A stretch of 64,000 nucleotides of DNA from Minisyncoccota bacterium (GCA_028713005.1 JAQTPC010000002.1:36643-100642); one strand, 5' to 3'. Numbered from the stretch's first letter, positions 30,902 to 41,843 are shown. The notes: a model not told the origin generated them from the letters alone. Numbers and translations are program-made.

Positions 30902-31738
30902 TTATACGACGTCAGCAAAGTAGCGTTCGACTTTCTTGAACATATAAACTCCAATGAAGAGTAACACTGCACAACCGACGACAGAAATGCCGATCTGAAG
31001 CCAGTTGACTTGAGCGGTGCCCAAGAGGACGGCACGAGCATTGTTGACGACGCCGGTCATCGGGTTGAGAGCGAGGAATTTTGAGTAGTGGCCAGCGATA
31101 GAACCAGGATAAATAACAGGGGTGATGAATATAAGGAGCTGGATGAAGTATGGCAGAATATAGCGAACATCACGATACTTTACGTTGATTGCTGCAAGAA
31201 ATAGTCCAAGGCCTTCAGCGCACATAGCGGTGATAATGAGGAGAATAGGAATCACTATGATAGCTTGCCAGCTTGGGGTGATGTGGTAATAAAACATCAT
31301 GCCTGCGAGGATAATAGAGGCAATAGAAAAATCGACAAATTTGGTGATGACAGTTGTGATTGGGATGATAAGGCGAGGGAAGTAGACTTTGGTGATGATG
31401 GCTTGATTGGCTATGAGGGCACCACTGACTTCGCTCAAAGAATCAGAGAAAAGTTGCCAGAAAAGAAGTCCGGTGTAAACAAAGATCGGATACGGAACAT
31501 TGTCAGAAGGGATCTTTGCGAGGCCGCCAAAGAAAACTGAAAAGATGACCATAGCTACAAATGGTTGGATGATAGCCCAGAGAGCGCCGATCATCGTCTG
31601 TTTGTAGCGCACTTTAAGATCGCGCCAGCTAAAGAAGTAGAGAAGCTCGCGATATACCCATATTTCTTTGAGATCTTTGAGGTGGAATAGCTTCTTTGGG
31701 CGTATGACCGTAATAGCAGTTGGTTGGGGGCTAGACAT
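30902..31738 (-). CDS. wzm: polysaccharide ABC exporter permease Wzm
   Basis: RDLKVRYKQT, KVYFPR, YRDV, LNPM; about six TM segments; adjacent to wzt. Confidence 0.92.
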   Translation of the reverse strand: MSSPQPTAITVIRPKKLFHLKDLKEIWVYRELLYFFSWRDLKVRYKQTMIGALWAIIQPFVAMVIFSVFFGGLAKIPSDNVPYPIFVYTGLLFWQLFSDSLSEVSGALIANQAIITKVYFPRLIIPITTVITKFVDFSIASIILAGMMFYYHITPSWQAIIVIPILLIITAMCAEGLGLFLAAINVKYRDVRYILPYFIQLLIFITPVIYPGSIAGHYSKFLALNPMTGVVNNARAVLLGTAQVNWLQIGISVVGCAVLLFIGVYMFKKVERYFADVV

Positions 31739-31846
31739 GAAGTCCATACTAGCATAAAGAAATATTCTTGTTGAGTATTTACCTGACATTAAGTATGATG
31801 TATGGATTATAGATATATTAATCAGTTTTTAATTCAGCACTTACCT

Positions 31847-34075
31847 ATGTCTCTCAAATCCATTACACGGTTTTTCATGCTTGCGCCAGTCTTCCTGATT
31901 CCTCTGTTTGTTCTTTTTCCAACACCACATACACCGTTTGAGATATCAAATTTCTTTTTCTTTCCTTTTATCACGGGCAAAGCGTTCTATTTCCGCATTC
32001 TCGTCGAGATAGCATTTGCAGGTTGGGTCATCCTTGCATGTCTTGATGCAAAGTATCGTCCAAAGATAAATGCGCTCACGCTCGGTGTCACTGCATTTGC
32101 CCTCATCACCCTCGTAGCCGATCTCCTTGGCGTGAATCCACTCCGTAGTCTCTGGTCAAACTTTGAGCGTATGGAAGGTTGGATAGTCATCGCTCATCTC
32201 TGGATGTTCTTTATTGTCATGGCACATGCATTTGGATTGCCGGAAACCGGCAAGAAGCTCTGGCGCAACTGGATGAATGTTTCTCTTGTGACTGCGCTTA
32301 TCGTGGCATGTTATGGTTTTGCTCAGCTATTCGGCTGGACAGATATCCACCAAGGATCAGTTCGTATAGATGCTTCGCTCGGTAATGCAGCGTATATGGC
32401 TATCTATATGTTGATCAGTACTGGTTTTGCTGTGTATCTTTTCTTGGAATCAAAAGTTCGCCGTGCTACCACAAATATCTTTGATCTCACTGTTCTCGAA
32501 TGGCTCTATGCGATAGCGGCAATCGTTTTCTCTTTCCTCCTCTTTGAAACAGCTACTCGTGGTACTGCATTTGGTTTGATTGGAGGCGTAATGCTTGCCC
32601 TCTTTTTGTATGCGATCTTCGCTGGATCAGCAAAGAAAACATCACGCATTGTCGCTGGCAGTATTATCGTTGGTATCATCATTCTTGGTGGTATCATCTG
32701 GCTCGCACGTGATTCTCATTTTGTTCAAAATAACGCAGCTCTCAACCGTCTAACCTCTATCACACTCACTGAGATACAGACGCAAGGTCGTGCCTACATC
32801 TGGCCAATGGCAGTGAAGGGTTCTCTTGAACGTCCAGTCCTCGGTTGGGGTCAAGAAAATTTCAACTATATCTTTAACGCCAACTATAACCCTGCCATGT
32901 ACAACCAAGAGCAGTGGTTCGATCGTGCTCACAGCGTGTATCTCGATTGGCTTGTTGCTTCAGGATTTGTTGGTTTGTTAGCGTATCTCGCTCTCTATGT
33001 ATTTTTCTTGATGGCAGTGTGGAAGTCTACGCTTACAGTCGCAGAAAAAAGTGCACTCACTGGTCTCCTTGTCGGTTACGCTATTCACAATATCTTTGTA
33101 TTCGATAACCTTGCGAGCTATGTCTCATTCTTTGCTCTTCTCGGTCTTGGCGCTTCGCTTACTCCTGCAAAAGTTGAAGGTGTACCAAAGCCACCAAAAG
33201 AGATCGGTCCGGATATGATCGAATACGTTATAGCGCCAGTCGTTATCATCATTTTGCTCGGTGGACTCTATATGTTCAATATACGTCCAATCCAAGAGAA
33301 CACCCGTCTCATTACTGCGCTTCGGGCATGTGGTGGTGCTTCACTTCCTGATGTGACGTTATTCCAGCGTGCACTTGATAGTGGTTCATATGTTGGAAAA
33401 CAAGAGATCCGTGAACAGATATTCTCATGCGCAGCAAATGTTATCAGTGCACAGCAACTCCCAAATACAACGAAGCAAGCATTCTTTGACCTCGCAACTA
33501 CTGCTATCACTGATCAAATCGCCACTAGTCCGCTCGACGCACGTGTTTACACGCTCGGCGGATCATTCCTTGAACAGGTTGGTGCATATAGTCAGGCAGT
33601 TCCATTCTTGGAAAAGGCTCATGATCTGTCACCAGCAAAACAAACTATCGCATTTGCTCTTGCAACCGCATATATCAATATCAATCAATATGATAAGGCA
33701 CTTGCTCTACTCAAACAGGCGTATGAATCAGCAACTGAAAATGCTGATGCACAGTCAGGTTATCTCACTGCTCTCATCATCGCCGGCAAAGAAACTGATG
33801 CAAAGAAAATTTTTGCTGATCAGCCGGGATTATTCAACACTGAACGTGTTGCCCAGGCGTACGCTCTTGCAAAGCAGTATGACAAGTCTATTGCCGCGTA
33901 TAAGTCACTCATTGGAACAAGTACTGATCAAGTAAATATGCAGTTTAGAATGGCTCAAGTTCAGTACAGTGCCGGTAGAATATATGATGCAGTAGCTACG
34001 CTTCAAGCTATCGAAAAGGCTCATCCTGAATACAAGACTCAGATTGACCAGGCAATCAAGCAGGTTCAAAAATAG
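31847..34075 (+). CDS. O-antigen ligase/oligosaccharyltransferase (Wzy_C) family protein with C-terminal TPR repeats
   Basis: Many TM helices; GNAAYMA, TATRG, PVLGWGQENF, DRAHSVYLD; helical TPR-like tail. Confidence 0.85.
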   Translation: MSLKSITRFFMLAPVFLIPLFVLFPTPHTPFEISNFFFFPFITGKAFYFRILVEIAFAGWVILACLDAKYRPKINALTLGVTAFALITLVADLLGVNPLRSLWSNFERMEGWIVIAHLWMFFIVMAHAFGLPETGKKLWRNWMNVSLVTALIVACYGFAQLFGWTDIHQGSVRIDASLGNAAYMAIYMLISTGFAVYLFLESKVRRATTNIFDLTVLEWLYAIAAIVFSFLLFETATRGTAFGLIGGVMLALFLYAIFAGSAKKTSRIVAGSIIVGIIILGGIIWLARDSHFVQNNAALNRLTSITLTEIQTQGRAYIWPMAVKGSLERPVLGWGQENFNYIFNANYNPAMYNQEQWFDRAHSVYLDWLVASGFVGLLAYLALYVFFLMAVWKSTLTVAEKSALTGLLVGYAIHNIFVFDNLASYVSFFALLGLGASLTPAKVEGVPKPPKEIGPDMIEYVIAPVVIIILLGGLYMFNIRPIQENTRLITALRACGGASLPDVTLFQRALDSGSYVGKQEIREQIFSCAANVISAQQLPNTTKQAFFDLATTAITDQIATSPLDARVYTLGGSFLEQVGAYSQAVPFLEKAHDLSPAKQTIAFALATAYININQYDKALALLKQAYESATENADAQSGYLTALIIAGKETDAKKIFADQPGLFNTERVAQAYALAKQYDKSIAAYKSLIGTSTDQVNMQFRMAQVQYSAGRIYDAVATLQAIEKAHPEYKTQIDQAIKQVQK

Positions 34076-34076
34076 T

Positions 34077-34104
34077 TTGCACGTTATCCTCGCTGTAGTA
34101 TAAT
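34077..34104 (+). promoter_or_regulatory. sigma70-type promoter
   Basis: TTGCAC-16 nt-TATAAT. Confidence 0.6.
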
Positions 34105-34110
34105 TGCATC

Positions 34111-34349
34111 GTGAGTACCCTAGGTGGGCACTCTCCAATAAATGTCTCGCAAAGTGCTGCCCTCGGCAGCCTTTTGCGTTGTTGGGGTGTAATCCGCGCA
34201 GGGTAGGCCTGCGCAAAACTTGCGTAGGCCTACCCTGCGCGGATATAATGAATACAGATTGCACCAAATGACGGCGGGCGGCTGTACTCACATTATATTT
34301 AGACATATTATTTGGAGCTCACACCCGCTCGCCATCATTGGGTACAATT
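34111..34349 (+). ncRNA. candidate structured ncRNA or leader upstream of murB
   Basis: Several complementary segments: 34111-18/34284-91, 34133-47/34301-17, and a 25-bp hairpin at 34192-34244; lies just downstream of a consensus promoter. Confidence 0.45.
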
Positions 34350-34380
34350 GCCACATCTCTGGATGTGCTCATTATCATCA

Positions 34381-35418
34381 ATGATTTTTCAAGAGAACAT
34401 TTCTTTAGCTCAATATACGACATTTAAGATCGGCGGTTCAGCTCGATTTTTTTGTTTAGTGGCGAGTATAGATGAGTTAAAAGAAGCCTTTGAGTTCGCA
34501 CAAAAAAAGAGCGTGCCATTTTTTGTACTCGGTGGAGGTTCAAATTTACTCATCTCAGATGAAGGGTTTCATGGCTTGGTCATAAAGATGGAGATCAGAG
34601 GGAAGAAGATAGGAGATAGAAGTCAGAAGTTAGAAGTCGCAACAGTTTCTGCTGGTGCTGGTGAGATGTGGGATGAATTTGTAGAGTGGACGCTTGTAAA
34701 TGGTTTCAATGGTTTAGAAAATTTGTCAGCGATTCCTGGAACAGTTGGGGCCGCGCCTGTGCAGAATATTGGCGCTTATGGTACTGAAGTAGGCCAATTC
34801 ATTTCGACAGTGCATGCATTTGATACCCATACAATGAAGGAGATTGAATTGAATGCTCGTGATTGCCATTTTGGATATAGGAATAGCATGTTCAAACATG
34901 AGAAGGGTAGATACATCATTACACATGTTGATTTCGCTTTGAGAAACGACGGAAAGGTGAATGTTGAGTACAAAGATTTGAGAAACTATTTTAACGACCA
35001 AGTAACTATAACCAATAGCCAAATCACACCACTACAAGTTCGTGAGGCGGTGATTGATATTCGCTGGAATAAATTGCCTGATTGGAATACGTGGGGTACG
35101 GCCGGATCATTCTTCAAGAACCCTATTGTCACACAGGAGAAGTTTGATGAGTTGAAAGTGAAGTATCCGGGTATGCCGAGCTTCCCTGAAGCAAGTGGAG
35201 GTATCAAAATTCCTCTTGGTTGGATACTCGATAATGTCTGTCAACTCAAAGGTGTCATGACTGGTGGTGTGGGGACGTATGAGAAACAGGCATTGGTTAT
35301 TATCACTAAGCCGGGAGCTAAAGCATTAGAGGTTGTTGCTTTTACGCAGGATCTGATGAAGCAAGTAAAGGAAGCAACTGGAATCATGATTGAAGCTGAG
35401 GTGGAATGGGTGAACTAA
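34381..35418 (+). CDS. murB: UDP-N-acetylmuramate dehydrogenase MurB
   Basis: TTFKIGG, LGGGSNLL, IPGTVGAAPVQNIGAYG, FGYRNS, AGSFFKNP. Confidence 0.95.
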   Translation: MIFQENISLAQYTTFKIGGSARFFCLVASIDELKEAFEFAQKKSVPFFVLGGGSNLLISDEGFHGLVIKMEIRGKKIGDRSQKLEVATVSAGAGEMWDEFVEWTLVNGFNGLENLSAIPGTVGAAPVQNIGAYGTEVGQFISTVHAFDTHTMKEIELNARDCHFGYRNSMFKHEKGRYIITHVDFALRNDGKVNVEYKDLRNYFNDQVTITNSQITPLQVREAVIDIRWNKLPDWNTWGTAGSFFKNPIVTQEKFDELKVKYPGMPSFPEASGGIKIPLGWILDNVCQLKGVMTGGVGTYEKQALVIITKPGAKALEVVAFTQDLMKQVKEATGIMIEAEVEWVN

Positions 35419-35492
35419 ACGAGGTTAGACCTTGATATTGACATTTACTCGAAAAAGCGTAGTTTTTAGACTAGGTTTGCTCGTTGTAAACC

Positions 35493-35563
35493 TCTTCCGA
35501 GAGGAAGAACATAAAACAATACGTCTCCGAGAGGAGATTGCAGAGAATGGTCCGAGAGGATCA
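35493..35563 (+). repeat. three tandem TCC-GAGA-GGA hairpins
   Basis: TCTTCC-GAGA-GGAAGA, GTCTCC-GAGA-GGAGAT, TGGTCC-GAGA-GGATCA. Confidence 0.75.
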
Positions 35564-35574
35564 GAAAGGCTAGT

Positions 35575-36381
35575 ATGAAAAAAATAAATGAAGCGGTATC
35601 TATTGAAAATGTTACTGATAAAAAAGTGCTCACGGAAGTGGTTGATTTACTTACGTTGCCCAGGGCGTATACAGATACATCTTCTGATGCAAAAACTTCC
35701 CGAGCTGTTGTATTGAAATATATACTTAGCTCGTATGGTTCACATGAAGAGTTGGTTGACGCGGTGAAAGACTCCATCAGCAACTTTTTGCTTGCAACGT
35801 ATTCGCCACTGGAGATTGCTGACGCTATAAAAGCGTGGGGATTCATTTTTCCCAAAGAAACCGTTTCTATTTTGAATGGACTAAGGAACATCAATCACGG
35901 GGTTCTGAGAAATAGTCAGCATAATGCCGAAGGTCTGCTTCTTGGGAGTTTTGAAATCATTAAATTCAAACCCGCCAAAGACAATAACATGTTATCGGCA
36001 CTGGAAAAATATCTTGGTTACAACCTTGCGGCAGGATTTTGGAAGTCACCGAAATGCACCGTAACTCCAGCTGTTTCTGGGCGTTTATCTCAAGCGATGT
36101 CTGACTTCACCGAACGGGCATGGCTTGTTCCAGATGATACCTACGAGTGCCTAAGGAGCTGTGTCGCGTTGGTTGTTGACATGCAGCCGCAACCTCTATT
36201 GCCCACTGAATTTCTGAAGATACGACATGATCTTCATGAAGTTTTAATTCGTGAATTTACTGCTAAACTACTTCTTTCAGCAACACCCTATTACCGTTGG
36301 CTGATTATGAAGGATGGTCTGGCTTCTGCGGTAGTCCAGTTTACAGAAGATGCATGCAAGGGTGCTTCTGTCGGCAAATAA
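35575..36381 (+). CDS. hypothetical protein
   Basis: 268-aa ORF with GAAAGG SD and a downstream terminator (36409-36437). Confidence 0.65.
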   Translation: MKKINEAVSIENVTDKKVLTEVVDLLTLPRAYTDTSSDAKTSRAVVLKYILSSYGSHEELVDAVKDSISNFLLATYSPLEIADAIKAWGFIFPKETVSILNGLRNINHGVLRNSQHNAEGLLLGSFEIIKFKPAKDNNMLSALEKYLGYNLAAGFWKSPKCTVTPAVSGRLSQAMSDFTERAWLVPDDTYECLRSCVALVVDMQPQPLLPTEFLKIRHDLHEVLIREFTAKLLLSATPYYRWLIMKDGLASAVVQFTEDACKGASVGK

Positions 36382-36469
36382 TCTGATCTTTAATCATGTT
36401 TCCTCACACCCACGCGCCTTGGCGTATGGGTTTTTTTATTGGTCAGAATGTGCTAAAGTGCCTGTTACT

Positions 36470-39070
36470 ATGTCTATTTTCAGCAAACTATTTGGAGGCA
36501 ATCATACTGCATCAGTAAAGAAATTTGAGCCTATGGTGGCGCAGATAAACGCTTTTGAACCTACTATCCAGAAACTGTCAGATACAGAACTCAAAGAAAA
36601 GAGTTTTAGTTTCAGAAAACGTCTCCAGGAAGCTAAAACAAGAGAAGAAGAAAATAAGATCCTTGAAGAAATCCTTCCTGAAGCTTTTGCATTGGTCCGC
36701 GAAGCGGGTCGTCGTACGCTTGGTCAACGCCATTTCGACGTACAGCTCATTGGTGGCATGGTTCTCAACTCAGGTGGTATTGCCGAGATGCGTACCGGTG
36801 AAGGTAAAACTCTCGTTGCCACACTTCCTGCCTACCTCAATGCACTCTCAGGAAAAGGTGTGCATGTCGTCACCGTCAACGACTACCTCTCACGTCGTGA
36901 TGCTGCATGGATGGGTCAGATCTATCACGCTCTTGGCTTGTCTGTTGCAGTCATCAATCACGAAAGTTCATTTGTATATGATCCTGCTCATCGCACCGCA
37001 GAAGAAGATAAGACCGAAGATGAGCTCGGTTCATTCAAGGTGGTCCATGAGTTCTTGCGTCCTGTCACACGCCGTGAGGCTTATGCTGCTGATATCACCT
37101 ATGGTACGAACAATGAATTTGGCTTCGACTATCTCCGCGATAACCTCGAATACGATCCCGCAAAGCTTCGTCAGCGTGAACCAAACTACGTCGTCGTGGA
37201 TGAGATTGACTCAATCTTGATCGACGAAGCGCGCACCCCACTTATCATCTCTGCGCCAACTCGTGATGCTGAGAGTGTGTACAAGCAGTTTGCATCACTT
37301 ACTTCTACATACAAAAAAGATGAGGACTTCACTGTTGATGAAAAGAAAAAGGCTATACAGCTCCTCGGTCCTGGTATAGAAAAAGCTGAGAAGGCACTTG
37401 GCATCACCAATCTCTATACTGATGTAGGTATAAAGTTTGTGCATCATCTCGAAACCGCTGTTCGTGCAAAGGCACTCTATAGCATGGACGTCGACTATGT
37501 TGTGAAGAACAATGAGATCGTTATTGTCGATACATTCACTGGTCGTCTCCAGCCAGGACGTCGTTGGTCAGAAGGATTACATCAGGCTATAGAAGCAAAA
37601 GAAGGGGTGATGATCCAACAAGAATCACGTACCTATGCATCTATCACATTCCAAAACTTTTTCCGTATGTACCAAAAGCTCTCAGGTATGACAGGTACTG
37701 CGTCTACTTCGAGTGAAGAATTTTTTAAAGTATACGGCCTCAGTGTGTACCAAGTTCCGACAAACAGAACAGCGGTGCGTATCGATAGTCAGGATCAGAT
37801 CTTCCAGACAGAGATCGGCAAGTTCAAAGCTATCGCACGTAAAGTTAAAGAGCTCCATAGTAAAGGTCAACCAGTTTTGATCGGTACTGTTTCTATTGAG
37901 AAAAACGAATTACTCTCTCAATTTTTGAAGAGTGAAGGTGTGCCACATGAGATGCTCAATGCAAAGAACCATGAACGTGAAGGTGAGATCGTGGCTCAGG
38001 CTGGTAAAAAAGGAGCAGTAACTATCGCTACCAACATGGCTGGTCGTGGTGTGGACATCAAGCTAGGTGGTAATCCAAATACTCCTGCTTTGTATGAAGA
38101 GATAAAGACAGCCGGCGGTCTCTTTGTCCTCGGTACGGAGCGCCATGAAGCACGTCGTATCGATGATCAGTTGCGTGGTCGTGCAGGACGTCAGGGTGAC
38201 CCTGGTGAGACACAGTTTTTCGTCTCACTTGAGGATTCACTCATGCGCGTCTTTGCTTCAGATACTCTCAAGTCAATGATGGGCAAACTCGGCGTCAAAG
38301 AAGATGAGCCTATCCAGCACAGTATCATCTCAAAGTCTCTCGAGAATGCACAAAAGAAGATCGAAGGATTCAACTTCGACTCACGTAAGCATGTCTTGGA
38401 GTTCGATGATGTCATCAACAGTCAGCGTACGAGTATCTACGGCAAGCGTCGTAAGCTCTTGCTCGGTTCAGTTGATGAGGTGGAGAAGGAATTGAATGAA
38501 ATTATTGGAGGAAATTCAGTGAAGATTGATGATCAAGTAACGACCATGCCTAACGGCAAGCAGGTAACCGATGAACAAAAAGCTACTCAAGAAATCGTGG
38601 CGAAGAAAATTTCTGAATTCGGTCGCGAGGATTTCCTCAACGCTATTCGCATCGTCCTTCTCCAGACAATCGACATGTACTGGGTTGAACACCTCGAAGT
38701 GATGGACTATACACGTTCAAGTGTGAACCTCCGTGCGTATGGTCAGCGTGACCCGCTCGTTGAATATAAGAAAGAAGGCCTGAGACTATTCCGTGAAATG
38801 AACACTGCTATCCGTGATCAGTTCATCCGTATTTTGCCAAATATTGTGCCTGTAAATAGTTCCTCAACAAAAAATGGTGCTTCAGTGAATGGGATAAAAG
38901 ACGCTGAGTTCAAAGAGATTCACGAGAATGCCCGAGTGATCGGTGGTGGGGATGGTTCAAGTAAGGGTGGCAATTCTCAGGTCAAAAGCGCTCCTGAAGT
39001 CGGTAGAAATGATCCTTGTCCTTGTGGTTCAGGTAAGAAATATAAGAAGTGCCATGGGGTGGGGAAGTAA
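36470..39070 (+). CDS. secA: preprotein translocase ATPase SecA
   Basis: [46 protein letters not shown]-terminal [19 protein letters not shown]. Confidence 0.98.
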   Translation: MSIFSKLFGGNHTASVKKFEPMVAQINAFEPTIQKLSDTELKEKSFSFRKRLQEAKTREEENKILEEILPEAFALVREAGRRTLGQRHFDVQLIGGMVLNSGGIAEMRTGEGKTLVATLPAYLNALSGKGVHVVTVNDYLSRRDAAWMGQIYHALGLSVAVINHESSFVYDPAHRTAEEDKTEDELGSFKVVHEFLRPVTRREAYAADITYGTNNEFGFDYLRDNLEYDPAKLRQREPNYVVVDEIDSILIDEARTPLIISAPTRDAESVYKQFASLTSTYKKDEDFTVDEKKKAIQLLGPGIEKAEKALGITNLYTDVGIKFVHHLETAVRAKALYSMDVDYVVKNNEIVIVDTFTGRLQPGRRWSEGLHQAIEAKEGVMIQQESRTYASITFQNFFRMYQKLSGMTGTASTSSEEFFKVYGLSVYQVPTNRTAVRIDSQDQIFQTEIGKFKAIARKVKELHSKGQPVLIGTVSIEKNELLSQFLKSEGVPHEMLNAKNHEREGEIVAQAGKKGAVTIATNMAGRGVDIKLGGNPNTPALYEEIKTAGGLFVLGTERHEARRIDDQLRGRAGRQGDPGETQFFVSLEDSLMRVFASDTLKSMMGKLGVKEDEPIQHSIISKSLENAQKKIEGFNFDSRKHVLEFDDVINSQRTSIYGKRRKLLLGSVDEVEKELNEIIGGNSVKIDDQVTTMPNGKQVTDEQKATQEIVAKKISEFGREDFLNAIRIVLLQTIDMYWVEHLEVMDYTRSSVNLRAYGQRDPLVEYKKEGLRLFREMNTAIRDQFIRILPNIVPVNSSSTKNGASVNGIKDAEFKEIHENARVIGGGDGSSKGGNSQVKSAPEVGRNDPCPCGSGKKYKKCHGVGK

Positions 39071-39462
39071 TAATACCTACTGCTATCAATCCTCGTCTGA
39101 TTTCCTCCAATCCCTGAAGTCCAACCCTTCGGATAACCGGTATTTTCCATCCCTTGACAGTTTTTGTTGCTGATGGGTTGTTGCACCAAGCAAAGAACTG
39201 TTCGACTCGGAATTCAGAATTGTAACTCCAGGGTAGTTTATTCCAAACTTGTGATGAGACGCCGGGCAATTCATGCACCCCTCTCCCTAGCCATTCTTTC
39301 TGCTTCTTTTTCATTCAGATCCTTATTTTGAGTGTTCGTTTTTAGAAAAAAAAGGCCTACGCTACAAGTAGAATCATATTAGTCTTATATATCTTGTCAA
39401 GTTTGTTCTAGGTATGTCTAAGTTACTGGGCATTTGTTATTATTAACTTATTCTGAAATAAC

Positions 39463-39675
39463 ATGATTAAACTGGGTATCTACATACACTATAAAGGAAA
39501 TGAGTATGAGGTGATTGGTATTGCCAAGCATAGTGAGACCCTCGAAGACATGGTCGTGTATCAAGCGCAGTATGGCGATAAAGAAACATGGGTCCGTCCG
39601 CTCAAGATGTTCACTGAGGAAGTTGAGGTTAGTGGTAAGAGGGTACTGAGGTTTGCTTTCATCGGAGAAAAATAA
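39463..39675 (+). CDS. DUF1653 family protein
   Basis: GIYIHYKGNEYEV...HSETLEDMVVYQAQYG...WVRPLKMF. Confidence 0.88.
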   Translation: MIKLGIYIHYKGNEYEVIGIAKHSETLEDMVVYQAQYGDKETWVRPLKMFTEEVEVSGKRVLRFAFIGEK

Positions 39676-39887
39676 TGAAAAAGAAATCAGGAAAATTAAA
39701 AGGAACACTTTCCGTCGAACATCTGCATCATTTTCGTTGCGGATCATGTGACAAATGGTGGTCTATCGGTGATCCATCTATTGCTCTGCCTGGAAAACAA
39801 TCAGTGACGAAAAGAGAGTGGTTTTGTCCGTGGTGTGGAGAAAAGAATATCTTTGGCGATGGTAAGGAGATAAAGAGGGAGTTTTAA
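39675..39887 (+). CDS. small zinc-ribbon protein
   Basis: CGSC...CPWC; start overlaps the previous stop. Confidence 0.7.
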   Translation: MKKKSGKLKGTLSVEHLHHFRCGSCDKWWSIGDPSIALPGKQSVTKREWFCPWCGEKNIFGDGKEIKREF

Positions 39888-40036
39888 GTAGAATAAACAA
39901 TTCAAAACATTTTTAAATGACTGGGAAGTTGTGTGGCTTTTTTACTTTGATACAATTTATGCATATTTTCTTCTCTCTGCCTAAGAAGCAAAATGGTGAG
40001 GTTCGTTTATTAAGTTCGTTAACATGATAAATATAT

Positions 40037-40381
40037 ATGACTGAAAATAGTGCGCAAATGATAGTTGAAAAGCTTGAGGTTATTATTAACAATAAAATCA
40101 ATTCTCTAGACATTTCGATTAGTAAAAGGATTGATTCACTTGAAAATAGGATGGATGATCGTTTCGTTGTCCTTGAGGCGAAGTTCATAACCAGACTCGA
40201 AAAGGAAATAGGAAATCTTGCAGATGCTACAGGGAAAGGGTTTGCTGAGCAAGATCGAAAGATTGATGCTCTCCGAGATGAGTTAAAGGATGAGATGAAA
40301 CTTGGTTTCTCACTCGTTGACCATAAAATATCTTCTCTACAAGAATTTTATGCTTCAAAAAACGCATATCGGTTCGCCTAA
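40037..40381 (+). CDS. coiled-coil hypothetical protein
   Basis: Heptad-like IDSLENRMDDRF...IDALRDELKDEMK. Confidence 0.6.
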   Translation: MTENSAQMIVEKLEVIINNKINSLDISISKRIDSLENRMDDRFVVLEAKFITRLEKEIGNLADATGKGFAEQDRKIDALRDELKDEMKLGFSLVDHKISSLQEFYASKNAYRFA

Positions 40382-40429
40382 CCTTTAAAACTAGATAAAA
40401 GTGAGAAAGTGTGTTATCGTCTAGTCCTA

Positions 40430-41449
40430 ATGGCATTCATCGACGAAATACAATTCCATGCGAAAGCGGGCCGAGGCGGCGACGGTGTCGTCCGTTGGCG
40501 TCATGAACGTGGAAAAGAATTCTCTGGCGCAGCCGGTGGCAATGGTGGTAAAGGTGGAGACATCTATGTTCGTGCTGTCCGTGATATCAATATTCTCGCA
40601 CGCCACAAAGTGGTAAAGGAATTCAAATCTCGCAGTGGTGATGAAGGGCAGAATTGGAGCCGTCAGGGCGCATCGGGGGAAGATTTTTATATCGAACTCC
40701 CGATTGGCTCTGTTATCCGCAATCTCCAGACAGATCGCGTCGTCGAACTCGTTGAAGATGGTCAAGTCTCAAAACTCCTCCACGGTGGTCGTGGTGGTGT
40801 TGGCAATGAACACTTCAAGGCTTCAACGAATGTCACTCCGATGCAATCAACTCCAGGTATGCCTGGTGAAGAAGCTGACTTTGTCGTCGAGCTAAACCTC
40901 ATTGCTGATGCAGGTCTCATCGGTCTTCCAAACGCTGGCAAATCGAGTCTTTTGAATGCGCTCACACGTGCCAATGCAAAAGTGGCAAGTTATGCCTTTA
41001 CCACACTCGATCCAAACCTCGGTGCACTCGCTGGTGGATATGTCCTCGCAGATATCCCAGGTCTTATCGAAGGTGCCTCAGAAGGTAAAGGTCTTGGTCA
41101 TAAATTCCTCAAGCACGTAAAACGTACCAAGATTCTTCTTCATCTCGTTTCTCTTGAAAATAAAGCACTTATTGGAACCTACAAAACTGTTCGCAAGGAG
41201 CTTGAAAAGTACGGTCATGGTCTCACTGATAAAAAGGAAATTCTTATACTCAGTAAAACGGATACAGTCACCGGTACACCAAAAGAAGTTGCTAAGAAAA
41301 TAAAAGACGCAAAGACTGCACTTAAGAAATACAATAAAAACATTTTGGAAGTCTCTATCCTCGATGATGCATCGCTCAAGAAGCTCGCTGATCAGATCGT
41401 GGTGCTTATTCGTCAGCAACAGGAAGAAGATGCAAAGACTGCAGAGTAG
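40430..41449 (+). CDS. obgE: GTPase Obg/CgtA
   Basis: FIDE...AGRGGDG, GGNGGKGG, GLPNAGKSS, YAFTTL, DIPGLIEGA. Confidence 0.96.
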   Translation: MAFIDEIQFHAKAGRGGDGVVRWRHERGKEFSGAAGGNGGKGGDIYVRAVRDINILARHKVVKEFKSRSGDEGQNWSRQGASGEDFYIELPIGSVIRNLQTDRVVELVEDGQVSKLLHGGRGGVGNEHFKASTNVTPMQSTPGMPGEEADFVVELNLIADAGLIGLPNAGKSSLLNALTRANAKVASYAFTTLDPNLGALAGGYVLADIPGLIEGASEGKGLGHKFLKHVKRTKILLHLVSLENKALIGTYKTVRKELEKYGHGLTDKKEILILSKTDTVTGTPKEVAKKIKDAKTALKKYNKNILEVSILDDASLKKLADQIVVLIRQQQEEDAKTAE

Positions 41450-41502
41450 TTTGCATTCGGGCAATTTTGGCGCTAGAGTTATTTTCCAGAGAAAGGAAAA
41501 CT

Positions 41503-41787
41503 ATGAAAGAGATTGAATATGATTCGGAAACCCTAACGAGGATGTTTCCAGATTTAAAGAAGGCGATTGAAAACAAGGACTTTAAAGTCATTAAAGTGCA
41601 AGCAGACGAAAGCACTCCAACTTTCACCATTGCACGGTTCCCGAACATGAGCATCTGTTCACCAGATGTTCTCACGATAGACAGGATCTGCACAATACTT
41701 TTCAGTGATATTAAGTTTGCAGATATCGCTTCAAGACCGTATGGATTACTTGGTATCGAGTTCGTGTCCAAGTCCTGTCCACGTTAA
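41503..41787 (+). CDS. hypothetical protein
   Basis: GAAAGGA SD before ATG 41503; hairpin plus T-run at ~41804-41829. Confidence 0.55.
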   Translation: MKEIEYDSETLTRMFPDLKKAIENKDFKVIKVQADESTPTFTIARFPNMSICSPDVLTIDRICTILFSDIKFADIASRPYGLLGIEFVSKSCPR

Positions 41788-41843
41788 TCGTTCGTAGTCT
41801 CACCGCGCCGATACCCTCGGCGCGTTTTTAATTTAGCGAAATT

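Noticed and set aside
34111-34349. Retron msr/msd, DGR template, tmRNA, RNase P or SRP RNA
   Set aside because: No reverse transcriptase in the window, and none of the hallmark motifs (tRNA-like ends, GAGGAAAGTCC, SRP helix 8) is visible.
35493-35563. Mini CRISPR array
   Set aside because: The repeat core is only 10 bp with a 25-30 nt period; it is better explained as RNA hairpins.
38982-39314. 110-aa minus-strand ORF
   Set aside because: It overlaps the 3' end of secA by ~90 nt and has no motifs. It has an SD-like AAGGA, so it may be a real or degraded orphan, but support is too weak to call.
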